Of a DNA stretch of 64,000 nt, positions 49,098 to 63,238 are shown piece after piece (within the stretch, counting starts at the first letter, position 1; every line of letters begins with the position of its first letter). The notes beneath the pieces are model-generated. The model saw only the letters and a list, made by a program, of their open reading frames with translations. It had not been told where the DNA came from and made no database searches. The stretch covers positions 3,410,001 to 3,474,000 of the forward strand of contig NC_089432.1 in NCBI RefSeq assembly GCF_026210795.1, given 5' to 3'. Made by a program: the position numbers and the translations under genes. The DNA comes from Rhizophagus irregularis (lineage: Eukaryota).

Positions 49098-51990
49098 CAT
49101 TTTTATCCCATACTAATATAATTAAAAAAAAAGTAATTCGTAACAGAATTTATTAAATAAAGTCAATAAATTATACAAAAAATCCTATTCATGTTTCTTT
49201 AATTCATTTAATCTGTCTTGAGCATATTGATTTCCTTGTTCAGCAGATTTTTCATACCAATAAGTTGCTTGATTCATATTCTTTTTAATTACCTCTCCAT
49301 TTTCATACATTAAAGCAAGATTATATTGAGCATAACTTTCACCTAAATATGCAGCCTTTTGATATAATTCAAATGCCTTTTGTTTATCAATATTAGTTCC
49401 AATTCCTTTTTCATAACAATATCCTAAATTGTATATTCCAGATAAAAGTCCTAAATTTGCAGCCTTTTGATATAATTCAAATGCCTTTTGATTGTCAATA
49501 TTAGTTCCAATTCCATTACTATAACAATATCCTAAATTATATATTCCACGTGAATTTCCTAAATTTGCAGCTTCTTGATATAGTTCAAACGCTTTCTTAT
49601 TATCAACACTGGTTCCAATTCCATAATTATAACAATATCCTGAACTAGTTATCCCAAATACATTTCCCAAATTCGCTACATTTTGGTATAACTCAAATGC
49701 CTTTTGTTCATTAACATTAACTTCAATTCCAAAGTGATTAAATATTCCAAGTAAAAAAACAGAATTTGAATTATTTTGATTATTTAATAACCAAGCATAA
49801 ATTTCTTGTGAAGTTATATTATGATTATTAAGATAATTAATGACTTCATGTTTTTTCCTCACAATTTTTGTATTATCAAGAAGGAGTATTATTTCATTAA
49901 CCATTATATCAAAGTTATTGATTGATGACATTGAAGGTTCTATTTCTTCTATACTCATTTTATTAAAATTTTTAATGATTTGAGACATTTCTCCGTATAA
50001 TAAATTATCAATAATATTTTTGGGAACTTTATCATTACTCTTCTGTTCACTTGATAATTGAACATTTTCTTTTGAAATAATTTCATTTAATTTTGCAATA
50101 ACCTGGTTGACAGTTGGACGATTATCTGGTTCATTATTCCAGCAATCTGATATAAATAAGCTTATAATTAATCAATATTGTCATTATTAATATAATTAAT
50201 TTAATTGTACTTACCAGTGTATATTTTTATGTAATCTACAGGTGTATTAGGAATAGGTTTTTCTCTAAGACCTTGTAAAATTTCCATAGCCAAACCAACA
50301 TCATCATGTGGTTTATTATGAAAAGGTGGCCGTCCACTAGAAATTTCCCACAAGAGTATGCCAATACTGTAGATGTCACTCTTTTTATTTAATGAATATA
50401 CTATTTTGATATTATTATCCCTTTTGCTATTAAATACTTGTGGATCAACATATGCAACCATTCCAAATAATTTTGATTGAACATTGGATGATTCCTCAAT
50501 CCTTTTTGACAATCCAAAATCTGCTAATTTAATGGTATTCTTATGAACTAATATATTATTTGAGTGCTATTATTAAATGCAATGACTAAATTAGTATAAT
50601 TATACAGTATAAACAGTATAATTTATTAAAGTGTAAATAACTGAAGTAATTAACCTACCAAATCATGATGAACGATATCTTCATCATGTAAGCATGATAT
50701 AGCATTAGCTAATTGAAATGCTAGATCCAATTTATTGTTCCAAGTGAGATTATCAAAATGTTCACTTAAATAATTTCGGAGAGTATCACTATTGGCATAT
50801 TCCATAACCAGCAAATATTTTTTTGAATTATTGTCTTGGTTTGCTTTTGAGAAAAAAAAGAAAAATTATTCGGATTTATTTTTTTTTCAAAAAAAAAAGA
50901 TAATAACGATTCAAATTACATATCATACCTGCTGTTGTAATGCCACAAAAACGAATAATGTTTTCATGAAAATCAATTTTGCGCTGAAGATTAATCTAAT
51001 ATTGAAATAAAATTTTAAGTTAGAAACGTAATATATAATTAAAGATAGAAAAACAAAAAAAAATGATAAAATGTCAACATAAAGTTATAATTACTTCATT
51101 AACAATTTCTTTAACTGTAGCATTATTGAAATTAAAGAAAGATTTTAATGCTAAATGATTGCAAAAACTTTTCCAGTTAGCACGATATACTTTTCCAAAA
51201 TTTCCAAAACCAATTTCTTGAATATTATTAAAATGCTTGTAATCGTAATATTTAATGTGCTTTTTTGCAATAGCTTCTTCAATCCAATCAATCCACTCAT
51301 TTGAATTAAATTTAGTATTACTAGACATTGTTACAAAACTTTGATTCAGTTTATACTTAAAGTTTAATAATAAAAGGACAATTATAAAAAAATGATTTTA
51401 AGGTAAAAACGTTAAAGTTATATAAAGTTATGAACTTCTTAATTTGAACGAGCTCATGGTCATCGTAACGTAGTGCAAGAATGTTGTGTCTCTGTGCTCC
51501 CACGAAGGTCACATCATACATAGATCACGTGATCTTAAATATCAAACTTTATGCAATATGACTAAAAAATTTCTTTGATATAAATATTTTTTCAAGTAAA
51601 AGGAAAAATAAACATTACACAATACCATTAATTTATGTATAAATATTTAGAGGAATAAATGCACAAACAAGCGTAACGTAAGTATTATGTACACGTCAAA
51701 ATGAAAAATCTACCACACAATTAAAATATTTCTTAAATAAATTAGTCGTACAATTATGTTTGAATTGTATTGTACAAGAGTTATAAATAAGAGAATTTTC
51801 ATAAAAATTTATTATAATAAAAGATGTATTCCTTATAAAAGAAAACTTCAGAGTATGTAATTATTAATTTCATGCACTCATTAATTTAAAACCAAAAATT
51901 ATAAAATTTGAATATGCAACTTGATTGTAATTTTTACCCGCAATTTTCTATGAGAAACTTGCATAATCTTGCACTATTCTTACATAAACT
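49098..51990. repeat. Segmental direct duplication of about 43600-46925
   Basis: Near-identical exons, introns and upstream region, offset about 5.13 kb. Confidence 0.92.
49185..51328 (-). CDS. Tyrosine-kinase-like kinase with C-terminal Sel1-like repeats (copy 2)
   Basis: Same exon structure and motifs as 44051-46198. Confidence 0.9.
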
Positions 51991-53384
51991 AAATTTTTTT
52001 TTTTTTTGTCATTTGAAGGAAGTAATTGGTTCAAAAAAAAATAAAATTTTTTCATAATTTTTCGGGACCAAAAAAATCTACAACTTTTGGTCGAAAGTCA
52101 TTTGATAAAAATTTTTATTGTTTATCAGGAAGTAATCAAATTAATTGATTGTTTTTTATTTTTTCATTAAATCATGTTTGATAGAAGAATCTTATCGAAG
52201 TCGAGCTTTTTTTTACACAAATAATGCCAAATATCTTTATAATAAATTTTATTTTATTCTACATGTAATAAAATTAATAATAAATTAGCTGTTACCTAGT
52301 GCATTGCAACAGTATTAATGAAAATTCTGAAATATATTTAGGAAAATATACTAAATAAAATAAATTATAATAACTAATAATAAAAAAGAACAATATTAAA
52401 ATAATTATTAATTATACTAATTATTATATAATTTAAATTAGTCATCTTAATAACATGGGGCAAAACTTTATAAATAAATCTATTTTTATTTATTCTTTAC
52501 GTCCTAAACTTAAAAGGTGAAAGAACGAACAAAAAAAGCAAATAGGAAAAAAAATATTACTATATATATTATAAAGAGGGAAAAATTAAACCCTGGATAA
52601 AAAAGAAATTTCAAAAAAAAACTGAATAATGGAATTACTAATTACTATTAAGAATGATCATATTTGATACTTTCGATACGTGGTTCTAATGCAATGGCAA
52701 GACTTAAATGTTGTTGGCAAATCCAATAATGCTTCATAATCGGCAAATGTATATATATAAAGCGGCTTTATATTTGTACTACAAATTTTACGTTTATTTT
52801 CGATTTATTTTTTCCTTTTTATACTCGGTTTATATCTACTCGGTAAATAGGCGATGATAAAAGTTTATTCCATTTAAAATTTTTTTTTTATCCTCTTTTA
52901 CTGATTGTTTGATTCAATTTATCAACAATCAGATTATCGACAAATATATTTGTGTGTATATTAACTTTTTACTACACGCAGTTACTGCGATCGCAGATCA
53001 ATTTTTCAATCAATCCAATTTATTACAACTTTAAAGAAAAATTTTTAACTTCTTAACCATATCAATAAAATTTAGTAAAATATATTATATAAAATAATTA
53101 TAAAATTTAATAAATATATTCTAAATATCTCGTAAATACATTATTAAAACTACATTGTTAAATTTTAGTGAATACTAGCAGTTACCGCACCGGGACCAAT
53201 GAGTTTGTTTAAATAGAAAATTTTAGTATTATAATGTAATACTAAGTAAATTAAAGATGATTACAGCAGTTTTTTATTTATAATTAGGAATTAATATAAG
53301 TAATAATTAGTTAACAAATTTTAATAAAATAATATGTATTAAATTATAATTATAAATATTAGAATGATATAAATAAATTATATT

Positions 53385-54684
53385 GGGAATTGGTAAACAT
53401 CGCCTTTGATTGGCCATATTGGCCACATGATCGCGTCATGTTTATTTGCTTATCGAATCTCATTTTCATTATAGGTTCGAGGTTCGTTTCCTCGGTTCTT
53501 TTCAATCTCGAGGTACTTCAGTTTTCTTTTTTTTCTTTTTATTTTTGTTTCTAACTTACATTCTTACACTTTGTTTCTTAATTATTTTTAGGTCCTTTAG
53601 TTCTTCCCGTTCTGCAATTAAGGTTCAGTTATTTTCACTTTACATTTCGTTTCTTATTTTTTTATTTTTTTTATTTTGTTTCTGTTTCATATTTCGTTTT
53701 TAACTAATTTTATTAAAAGTATGTTTTTTTATTTTGTTTCTAACTTATATTTCGTTCCTTACTAACTTCATTTTTTTTTACTTTATGGTTTATTTTTTAC
53801 CTGGTTTCTTATCATTTTCTTTTGCTACCCAACCTCCTATCATGATCATCTTTTTATTTTTTGTCTCTCATCATTTTTCACCTCCTGTTACTTCTCATTA
53901 TTCCATCCTTTTCGTCTCCCATTATTTTCTATTACATCTTTTCATTTTTCATTATTTCTTTTCTCTCCTATCATTTCTTTTTGTCTCTCATCACTCCTTT
54001 TCATCTCCTATCACTCCTCTTCATCTTCCTATCACTTCTTTTTGTCTCCCATAGTCCCATTACTCCTTTTCGTCTCCCATCACTCTTTTTCGTCTCCCAT
54101 CATTCCTCTTCTTCATCCTCTCATTATTCCTCTTCATCTTCCCATCGCTCCTTTTCATCTCCCATCACTCCTTTTCATCTTCCCATCACTTCTTTTTGTC
54201 TCACATCACTCTTTTTCGTCTCCCATCACTCCTCTTCATCCTCTCATTATTCCTCTTCATCTCCCATCACTCCTCTCCATCTTCCTATCACTCCTCTTCA
54301 TCTCCCATCATGTCCTATTTCTCCTTTTTGTTTCCTATCACTTCACATTACTCTTTTTTACTCCCTTTCATCTTCTATTACTTTTCATTACTCTATTGTT
54401 ATTTTAACATCTTTTTTCTTGATCATTGTAATTTACTTATTTTTTCTTTTATTTGTATCACTTCATTAAAAAATAAATACAGTGATCTTTTTCTTTAAAA
54501 TCGTAAATGTGTGATTTAAATTTTAATATTTGCAAATAAATTTCATTAGATAAGATTATTTTGGATAAATATGTTTGCAAAAAATTTTTTTTGCGATAAA
54601 AGTTTTAGCCGATCAGCCGATTAATAAATTTACCCTTTATATATTTTACATCATGTGACAAAAACCCCAGGCGACGTTTACAAT
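53385..54684. mobile_element. Non-autonomous TIR element with internal 21-bp pyrimidine-rich minisatellite
   Basis: Left GGGAATTGGTAAACATCGCCT inverse to right AGGCGACGTTTACAAT; array about 53860-54380; paralogous to 26690-27963; TSD not resolved. Confidence 0.65.
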
Positions 54685-55921
54685 AATGTAGCTATTTATA
54701 TTAATGATTTGACGTTTGAGTGTAAAATGAAATTCGGATTAATTAAGGAATTATGAAAAATAATTATCAATAAAAATTGATTAATTTTTTTAGAAGTATT
54801 TCGAAAACTTTAATACTATGAAAATACTACAAATATTTTTATTATATTATATAGATTATAAATTTTATAAATTATTTCTTATTATTTTATATTACGTCAA
54901 TCTTAAACTTATAACCAACTTAGGAAAAATATTTGAACAATTAAATATGTATTAAAAACTGTTCATTTCATAAAGAAAGAAATCGGTTTAAAAAAAAAAG
55001 GAATCTAAAAAAAATTAAGTACCGGAAAATTCGGACAATAATTCGGTCCAAAAAGAGTAAAAAAAAAAACAATATAGTCTAAAAAAAAAGATTGAAAAAA
55101 ATAATATAAAAAAAATCGGTCTTAAAAGACCGATTATTTAATAAAAAAAAATAATAATTTTTCAGTTTGGGAAAAAAAATTAAACCTAAACGGGAAAGAA
55201 TGAGAAAAAACAAAATTTTTCAGTTTGAAAAAAAAAGATGAAAAAAAAAAATCGGTCAAAAAAAATTAATAATCAAAAAAAAAAAATCCGATTATGATAA
55301 CTGAAATTGGATTAGTTGATTGGAATGCACACGGAGCAAATAGTTTTTGAGGCAGGCATGGGATTTCAAGTTACTGTATATAATTCAAACTAAAATTTTG
55401 AAATAATCATAACAATAATTTCTCTTAAATTATTATTATTGTTTAGATATAATAATAAATTGTATATATAGGTAAAACAGTATGGATACATGGGTTCATA
55501 ATGGGTGTGATACTATCGAGTGTCTTATCGCACAAAGGCTTTAATTTTTTTTGTACCTGATGATCAAGAAAGTTTTTCCCTTATGTTTGGCGTTCCATAC
55601 TCCACTGAAGACAACAAATGGCGCGGACCATCCAATAATACTCAGGATATCTGTTGGCACTTTGAAAAAAAGAGTTGAAGAAAATAATAATTTGATAGGA
55701 ATATACAACTTTGCTATGCATTATATTTCTTTCACATTTGATTAAATAAAAGATGTTGGATTATAAAATGAGTTACTTAATGTATTAACGTAATGCGCAT
55801 TAAAAACACTGGATAACAAAAAACCTTAAATTCATTCATATTTATTTTTGGGTTAATTCAAACATTTTCATATCAGAACTCGCAACAACATCTAAATTTA
55901 TTTATAGTAAATAAGCAAGTA

Positions 55922-56800
55922 TTATTTAGTCACAATAAAAGTTTCAATCTCCTCAATAGTATACGTATTTGATTTACAAACATTCTCGTAATAATAAGAA
56001 TTCTTTCTAAGATATAAAGTTCGATCATCCATATACATTGATTCACAAAACCTAAATCCGTATGTTTCTTTTTCTCTCCAACTAATACGTTCTTTTTTTG
56101 CACGACCTATTTTCATGGTTTGTCCTTCTTTAAATGAAAAAACAAAGTTATTTGATATATCTTCACCTAACAGTCCAAAAGAAGCATATCCACCAAAGAT
56201 TTCATTCGATTGTAAAACCTTAATTAAAACTAAAGTTGCTACTCGATGATTACATTTATTTATAAACGATATATTACTAATTCCATCATGACTACCACGA
56301 TAAATAAGACTAAATTTATAAAATATATCATTTCCAGTACGAATGTCCATGGCATTTTTATTATCAATCCAATTAGCAAATATATTTATAAGTTCTTCCT
56401 TGATAATATTTGAATCAATTCTACCTGCTCTAGTTGGTAAAATTTTAGTTTTTGGTAAGGTATTTATATAATATTATTCATCAATTTCTTCGTAAATATC
56501 ATTAGGGATAATAGCCCTATATGGTCGAACTTGATTAAAAAAATCTGTGCGACAAATACTCATAAACCGAATAAGTGGAATGAACGGATCTAAAATTTTC
56601 TTTAGTTCTTTGTAATTCTTATCATTCCATTTTGTTCTATCACTATTCTCACTCCCAAGACCAGGAGTTTGTTTAATACCCCATTTAATTAAATAATTCC
56701 AAATATTAATCTCCTTAACTTGTAAGTTATCTTTTTTAAGAATATCGGAAAGACACAAAAAATTTTTCATATTTTCATAGTGGCAAAAAACTAATATCAC
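55922..56800 (-). pseudogene. BACK-TLDc fragment of a BTB/POZ-BACK-TLDc gene
   Basis: DNLQVKEINIWNYLIKWG, FIPLIRF, FSLIYRGSHDG, IFGGY, IEEIETF; in-frame TAA at 56474-56476 between the two ORFs; no BTB N-terminus seen. Confidence 0.8.
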
Positions 56801-57559
56801 GTGATTTATAATTTATATGTAACAAAATCCCATTAATGATTGATTTTTGAGTATTGTACTACCAACTTAATGTGAATAACAATTTTGACATTTTACTACG
56901 TAATACATATTTGTAATATATACAACTACAATAAAACATATTGTTTACTAGAAACTTCCATAAATCATTTTTGCATAACTATTATATAATTATATATAAT
57001 GACTAACAACTAAATAGTTTTAAAATATATTACACAATTACACAATATACACAAAGTATACAAAGGCGCCACAAAAAATAATGTCATCTAATTTTAAAAT
57101 TATTCTACCCATTAGAAAATGTAAGTCATTAAACCTAACTTTAATTATATTATTGAAAAAGGTGTTTATCCTAGCACAAATAATATGAACGAAAAACTGT
57201 CCAGTAATAAGACTAATAAGGCCTGCACAACAATACAAATTTTCACATAATTATGTTATAGAAACTCGAATTGCTAAATATCGAACTAGGAAACCGTTGA
57301 AGTCTTGTCGCGTTATTTGATTTTATATAACAAAAACAGATTATCATTTTTTTTAATAATTCTTTTTTCTTGCGAAAAAAAAAACAAAAAATATTATCAG
57401 TGATACAAAAAATTGAGATTATGTGTTATAACTCCTTACAAGTAAAAAGTGTTACATAATCAAAAAAGAAAATCTATAATAGAAAGTCCTTCACTACGCT
57501 CCGGACAATTTTTTTTTTAATATATTAAAAAAATATTCAATTATTTTGATACTGATGAT

Positions 57560-58850
57560 TTTTATCATAATGATAATATTATTGAATATATGGTATATCT
57601 CAAAATCCAGATACAAAATATTACATCATTGTTCTTGACTATGCAGAAGGTGGAAGTTGTAATATTTGGATAAATAAAAATTATAATAGCAATAGTTTTA
57701 CATGGGATGTTAAAGGGGATCTATTGTTTGGTGTTATAAAAGGTCTTAAAGCAATTCATCAAGAACATATGATTTTCATGCAGGAAATGTACTACTAAAT
57801 ACGAATTATATATACAGTGAAATTCGACAAACCGGATCCATCGGTTCCACTAAAAATATCGGATATCAAGTATAGCGAAAATTTCGATATACCGGATTTC
57901 ATAAAATCATGTGATAATCCGGTATATCAAATTTTTATGCGAACGTAACAAAAATTAAAAAACTTAAAAAATCTCTATTTAATTTATCAAAATATTGCAT
58001 ATACTAAAAACAACTAAATTTGAAAAAAAATCTTCTAATCTACCCTGCTGGCCACAGATTATCTGTATCACGTGAATCAATTTAATTGGTTTTCAAATGT
58101 ATCAAATCACATGATCCGGGTTATCAAATCATTTTTGATCCGTTATAGCTTTTACTAGTAAACTCCGGTATATCGAAACTATTTTAATATGCGTGATTTT
58201 GTTTCAGCAAAAAAGTCCGGTTTAGGCCCAAATCCTGTTTATTGAATTTCACTGTGTATACTGTATATGATGTTAGATTTCATATTTATATATTTATTTC
58301 AGATATGGGAAGAAGTTCATGTTGTCAATCAAAGTAATATTTATGGAGTTATACTTTATATAGCACCTGAAGTGTTAAAGGGAAAACCTTATACTCAAGC
58401 AGCAGTCATATATAGCTTTTGCATGATTATGTATTTTATAGCAACTGGAAGACAACCTTTTGCTAATTGTGCACATGATGAAATTTTAGTATTAAATATT
58501 TGTGATGGAATTAGACCTGAAATAAAATGAACCAGTAGCACCAAAATGTTATATTATGTTATGAACTAATTAATTCATTTAGACATACACGATTTAATGA
58601 AGCAGAAAAATACAGAATGTTACATATTTCCTTTTCTAAAAAAAAATAGACAATTAACTCATGCACAAGCTATTTATACATCTCGATTACTTAATCCTTT
58701 TACAAAAAATCTACCAAAATATGATAATATTGACAATAATACAATAGAAGTTATTGACTTTACAAAGTAAGTATTAGCAAATTTTTGATATGAGATTTTA
58801 TTTACTTATTAATTTGAAACTAAATCCTTTATGTAGATTAACAGATGAGT
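57560..58850 (+). pseudogene. Decayed protein kinase gene
   Basis: YGISQNPDTKYYIIVLDYAEGGS, DFHAGNVLL, IYGVILYIAPEVLKGKPYT, HAQAIYTSRLLN fragments with deletions, stops and a MITE insertion. Confidence 0.8.
57815..58254. mobile_element. Tc1/mariner (pogo-like) MITE
   Basis: TIR CAGTGAAATTCRAYAAACMGGA; flanks TA / TG; interrupts kinase pseudogene. Confidence 0.85.
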
Positions 58851-59789
58851 AGAACAATAACAGATAAGAAAGGAATTGTCAAAATTAAAAATATTTTTGC
58901 ATGAGAATTATATGTTATAATATATTCTTATTTTTTTCTAATTTACCGTAGTATTTCTTTATTTTAGTATATATATATCTATTTATATTATTCAACACTG
59001 ATTATAGAGTACATGTAAACTTATGTTTTTACATAAATAAAATCAGTTTGTAATTGAATAATAATTCGAAAAAAAAATCATTGGTAATCTAAACATATCA
59101 AGATGTTTGATATTTTTTTTTAATTGATTCTGGATATTAAATATGTCAAGATTTATTACGAAAGATATTAAAATATGATATAAAATATACATTTAATATT
59201 GTAACATAAATGGCATAAACTTTACAATACTGAAATTGATTATACTTAATATGATTACAAGAAAAATTTTCATTTTTTTTGTATACAATAAATTAAAAAA
59301 AAAATGCTCAATGAAAAAAACTTTGACAAACGTACTATATTTAGATCATTTATATTACTAAAATAGCGTAATATATCTTTGCATATCATGAATCATAGGT
59401 AAAAAATAAATTTTCATTACCTGACCAAATATCAGTTTGAAAATGATTCAATTTTGTGTATTTGATGTTTAATTAATTGCCATGTCAAATAATCATATAT
59501 TGCAAAGCAAACATGAATCAAAAAATAACATTCAACATGCCGTTACCAATAATTTAATAATATATGGGTTTAATATATGATTTCATTCGAGTGTTTTTAA
59601 ATTTATTTATTAAAATTTTCATTGTAAATATCATTTATTTAATAAAATAGACTAATATATATATATATATAAATACAGATAATTAATAATATGAAGAATT
59701 TTTTACATTTTCATATCATGATCTAAAATGCGTAAATTCACCAACAATCAATACATAATAATCATGTAATATCTCCTAAGTGATACAAG

Positions 59790-60116
59790 TAGGGATGGGA
59801 TCAGTTCGTCGGTTCTATTTCGGTTCTTCGTCGGTTCCGCTTCAGTTCTCATTAAGTAAAATATGAGCTACATCATCAAATTTAAGACGCAGGTAGAGCA
59901 TTTGATGAAGATCGTCGATTAGAAAAATTTTGATTGGTCATCAAAATGATGGGTGGTCCGTGATCGTCATAATTTTGATGGCAGATGGCAACCCAATTTG
60001 GACCCAATTCGATTTTTAGAACAGTTCGCAGAGTGTTTCAAGTTCAGAATCTGCTAAAATTAGAATCGGTTCCAGAAACAGTTCGGAACCGCTCTGTTGG
60101 AACTTTCCCATCTCTG
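59790..60116. mobile_element. Degenerate hAT-like MITE
   Basis: TAGGGATGGGA ... TCCCATCTCTG termini, GGTTC/GAACC subterminal repeats; TSD only partly matching. Confidence 0.5.
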
Positions 60117-60139
60117 ATACGCTTGCTGGGTAAATCCTA

Positions 60140-61920
60140 TTATCATTACTGCGCCATGTATGTAAAACGAGAACCTTAAAAGTCGGCATCCACTTTTCAC
60201 TTTATTAGATTCTAAAACCAAATTTTGTTAACCATTCATTATTAAAGGTTACTCATAATTTTAAGTATCGTTCTTGATGCTCATTTTTTAATGACTAAAC
60301 AATGGAAAGCTACGATCATCTTATAAAATATAATGAAGATGGTAGTGTACCATTTGGACGTGCTGCGGAGTATTACATATCAAAAATATCCTTTATTAAA
60401 AAATATTAGATTAAAAGCTTGAGAGCATCACAACTCGTTAATGAAAGAATTATTACAATCAACATTTATGATGAGGAATTGGTAAATGTAATTCTGATTG
60501 TCAAAATGCTAATAATTTAAAAAAATAGTACTGATAGGCATCAAATATATATATATATCGACGGAGTCTATCAAGCGAAAACGGGCAGAAAATGACATCT
60601 TTGAGAAACAAATTCAAGATATAGAAGCTGGTAGCAAATTCCTTTTTCAAAGATCTATTACGGCCTTTTTCAATGTAAGGATCAATGCCCGTAATATACT
60701 GTATGATGATTTATACTATTTTACATCCAATAACCTTCTATTCTAACATGCTTGAAGAAATTATAACGTTTCGGTTTTGTTGGAAAAATTGCGTGTGTCG
60801 TGTAGTATCTGAATTCAGACTTTCTTAGGTGAAGGTTGGCATCTACCTCCAAATGCTCTTATAACTAAGGATGGCAATGGTTACGGTCATAACCGGTCAT
60901 GACCGGTTAATAACCGTGACCGATATCGGTCAGTCAAAGGCTCTGACCGACCGTTTAACCGACCGGTTTTGACCGACCGTTTGACCGACCGTTTAACCGA
61001 CCGTTTAACCGATCGTTAACTGACCATTTAACCAACCCTATTCATTAAACACTTTTTTTATGAGCTGAATCAATAAAAAAAGTTGTATAATGCTTTTGTT
61101 AGCGGATTTAATCAAAAAAAAAACTTTTTAACGTTTTTTCTTAATTAAATTCACTAAAAAAAATGGTTAAACGGTCGGTTAAACGGTCGGTTAAACGGTC
61201 AGAAAAACGGTCAGCAAAAACGGTCGGTCGGTCAAAGACCCATAACCGGTTATGACCGACCGATAACTGACCGTGACCGACCGTTGCCATCCCTACTTAT
61301 AACTCATGAACCTCAAATGACGAGAGTTCTGCTTGTGATAAAATTATAATTAGAAGTAGAGCTAGCTGATCGTTGGGCTGCTGATGATGTTAAAAAAATT
61401 TTTGGTTTTTAAACAAGGTGCAACTGAAGCTGATCTCAGTCAGGAAGTTGTTAAAAATAGAGATATTTATAATAATAAACAACTTAAAGACTTATTATAC
61501 ATGATGATCGTAGAGTGGCAGGTTCTTGGACCATTCCTCAAAATTATATCCAGGATTTATTAAAACCCCGTGACCATGTTTTATATTATCATACTCCTGA
61601 TTTATCTTCCCCTGAAGATTCGCCCGAACGTAATTATTATCAATTAATTGTTTCTGATAATTTATGGCTGAAGAATTATTGTTTCTGCATCGATGAAAAC
61701 AATGAATTAAATATTATGGAACAAGCAACCATTTTGGCGATAGTTGTTGAATTACCCTCTAGCATTCCTTGAAAGGCTTTTGGAGTTAAATACATAGAGA
61801 TGTTTTACACGCAGATAATGTACCTAGCAGAAATAATCATCAAGATGCTGGATTAATAGCATTCTTTAATTCACAAACATTAGATCACCAAGATGATAAT
61901 TCCAAGAAACAAAAACTTAT
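60140..61920 (+). pseudogene. Decayed MULE-like transposase remnant
   Basis: Coding-like fragments including VLYYHTPDLSSPEDSPERNYYQLIVSDNLWLKN..FCID..ILAIVVE; multiple stops and indels; family assignment from recall only. Confidence 0.45.
60866..61295. mobile_element. hAT-type MITE, shorter inverted sister of 42311-43162
   Basis: TIR TAAGGATGGCAATGG / CCGTTGCCATCCCTA; 8-bp TSD CTTATAAC (60858-60865, 61296-61303). Confidence 0.95.
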
Positions 61921-62567
61921 ATAATTCGTAATTTAAAGAAATTATAGGATTTTCTTTAAAGACTTCTATTGTGAGATCCTCCCATAATATTGCGTTATAT
62001 GAAAAAATTTCACGTCTTCTAAAGAATAAATGTATTGTTTTCATTCAGAAGTCATTATAACAAATGTATAAATTGAATTCACTCTAAATAGGATTTACAA
62101 GAAAATTTTAAGCTTCATACCTTTAATGTTTCACTCAAAAAAAAAATATTCATAGATGCTCATTATGCATTGGTACTTATTTGTGCGATTTCTTTGCCTT
62201 CAATTATATTGTATATTTCAACTTTATAATTCGAATCAATATATGAATTTTTTTTTTTGATCACTCAAAAATAATTAAACATTTTTAATACACTTAGGAA
62301 ACTGTTTATTAATTCAAAAACTATTGAATATGGCCCCTACTCTCGCCATATTCTGTCACTTCCAAAAATCAAAATTTGAAGTGTCCAACCCCTAATCCTT
62401 CGAAATACAGTACAATAATAAATAATACATTCCTTAACATAACAAAATTAAATATTTCCTGGATGCTGCCCCAATCGTAAGCCAGGTATCAAACGAATAA
62501 TAGGCAAAATAAAATAAAAAAAAATCAGAAACTGGACAATTCTGCTCTATTAAAGAAAAGGATACAT

Positions 62568-63238
62568 TTAAACCATGTCCTCAGGAGTTAATTTATGCTT
62601 TCTAAAAATACTTGGTAACCTAGAAGAAAAAATGCGAGAAATAATAAATTTAGTATATACATAAATCATTACCTTTTTAGCCATACCCCTCATCCAGTCT
62701 TTGAGAAATATCCAGTTAGGAAGTAAGAAATCAGCTGCCTATAAAAGCAAATAAAATAAATTTAATGGATTAATTAATTTTAAATATAAATATTAAAATT
62801 AGTACATACACAATCCAAAAGGTAATCTGATATTTTCTTATATATCACATTAAGTACAATCAGATCAAACCTTCTGAAAAAACGTCCAGCTGATTCAGGA
62901 TATTCTTGAAAAATCCAAATGAAAAGGGAAGGTACCATGTGATCTCCCCTTTCCATTAGTTCTTTCAAGTTCCTTATAGAGCAGAAGTCCGAATAGTTAT
63001 TGTATAGTTTTTTGATATAAATAACTATTTGTTGTCCAGTTTCTGATTTGTAAAAATCTAAAACTAAATAAAATAAAGTAAAAAGAAAATTAAAGAAATC
63101 ATAAAAAAGTGATGGCCTTCCAAAGGCCAACACAACCAAAGAACCAAAAAGAAACCCAGTAAGAAACCATACAGTCCTGCTGCATGGTGAAAGGCCTGGG
63201 TTGTAATAGAGCGGAAGAATAGTACGTTGATAAGCCAT
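62568..63238 (-). CDS. Hypothetical membrane protein, three exons
   Basis: Exons 63238-62810, 62738-62673, 62619-62568 splice in frame via GT-AG introns (...LLDC|AADFLLPNWIFLKDWMRVWLKR|LPSIFRKHKLTPEDMV*); hydrophobic N-terminal segments. Confidence 0.65.

Noticed and set aside
52285..53200. TAGC(T/A)GTTACC motifs suggesting minus-strand Helitron ends
   Set aside because: Hairpins incomplete and boundaries not definable.
53446..54498. Several hydrophobic ORFs (also 27026-27304)
   Set aside because: Low-complexity translations of T-rich and pyrimidine minisatellite DNA, open in multiple frames.
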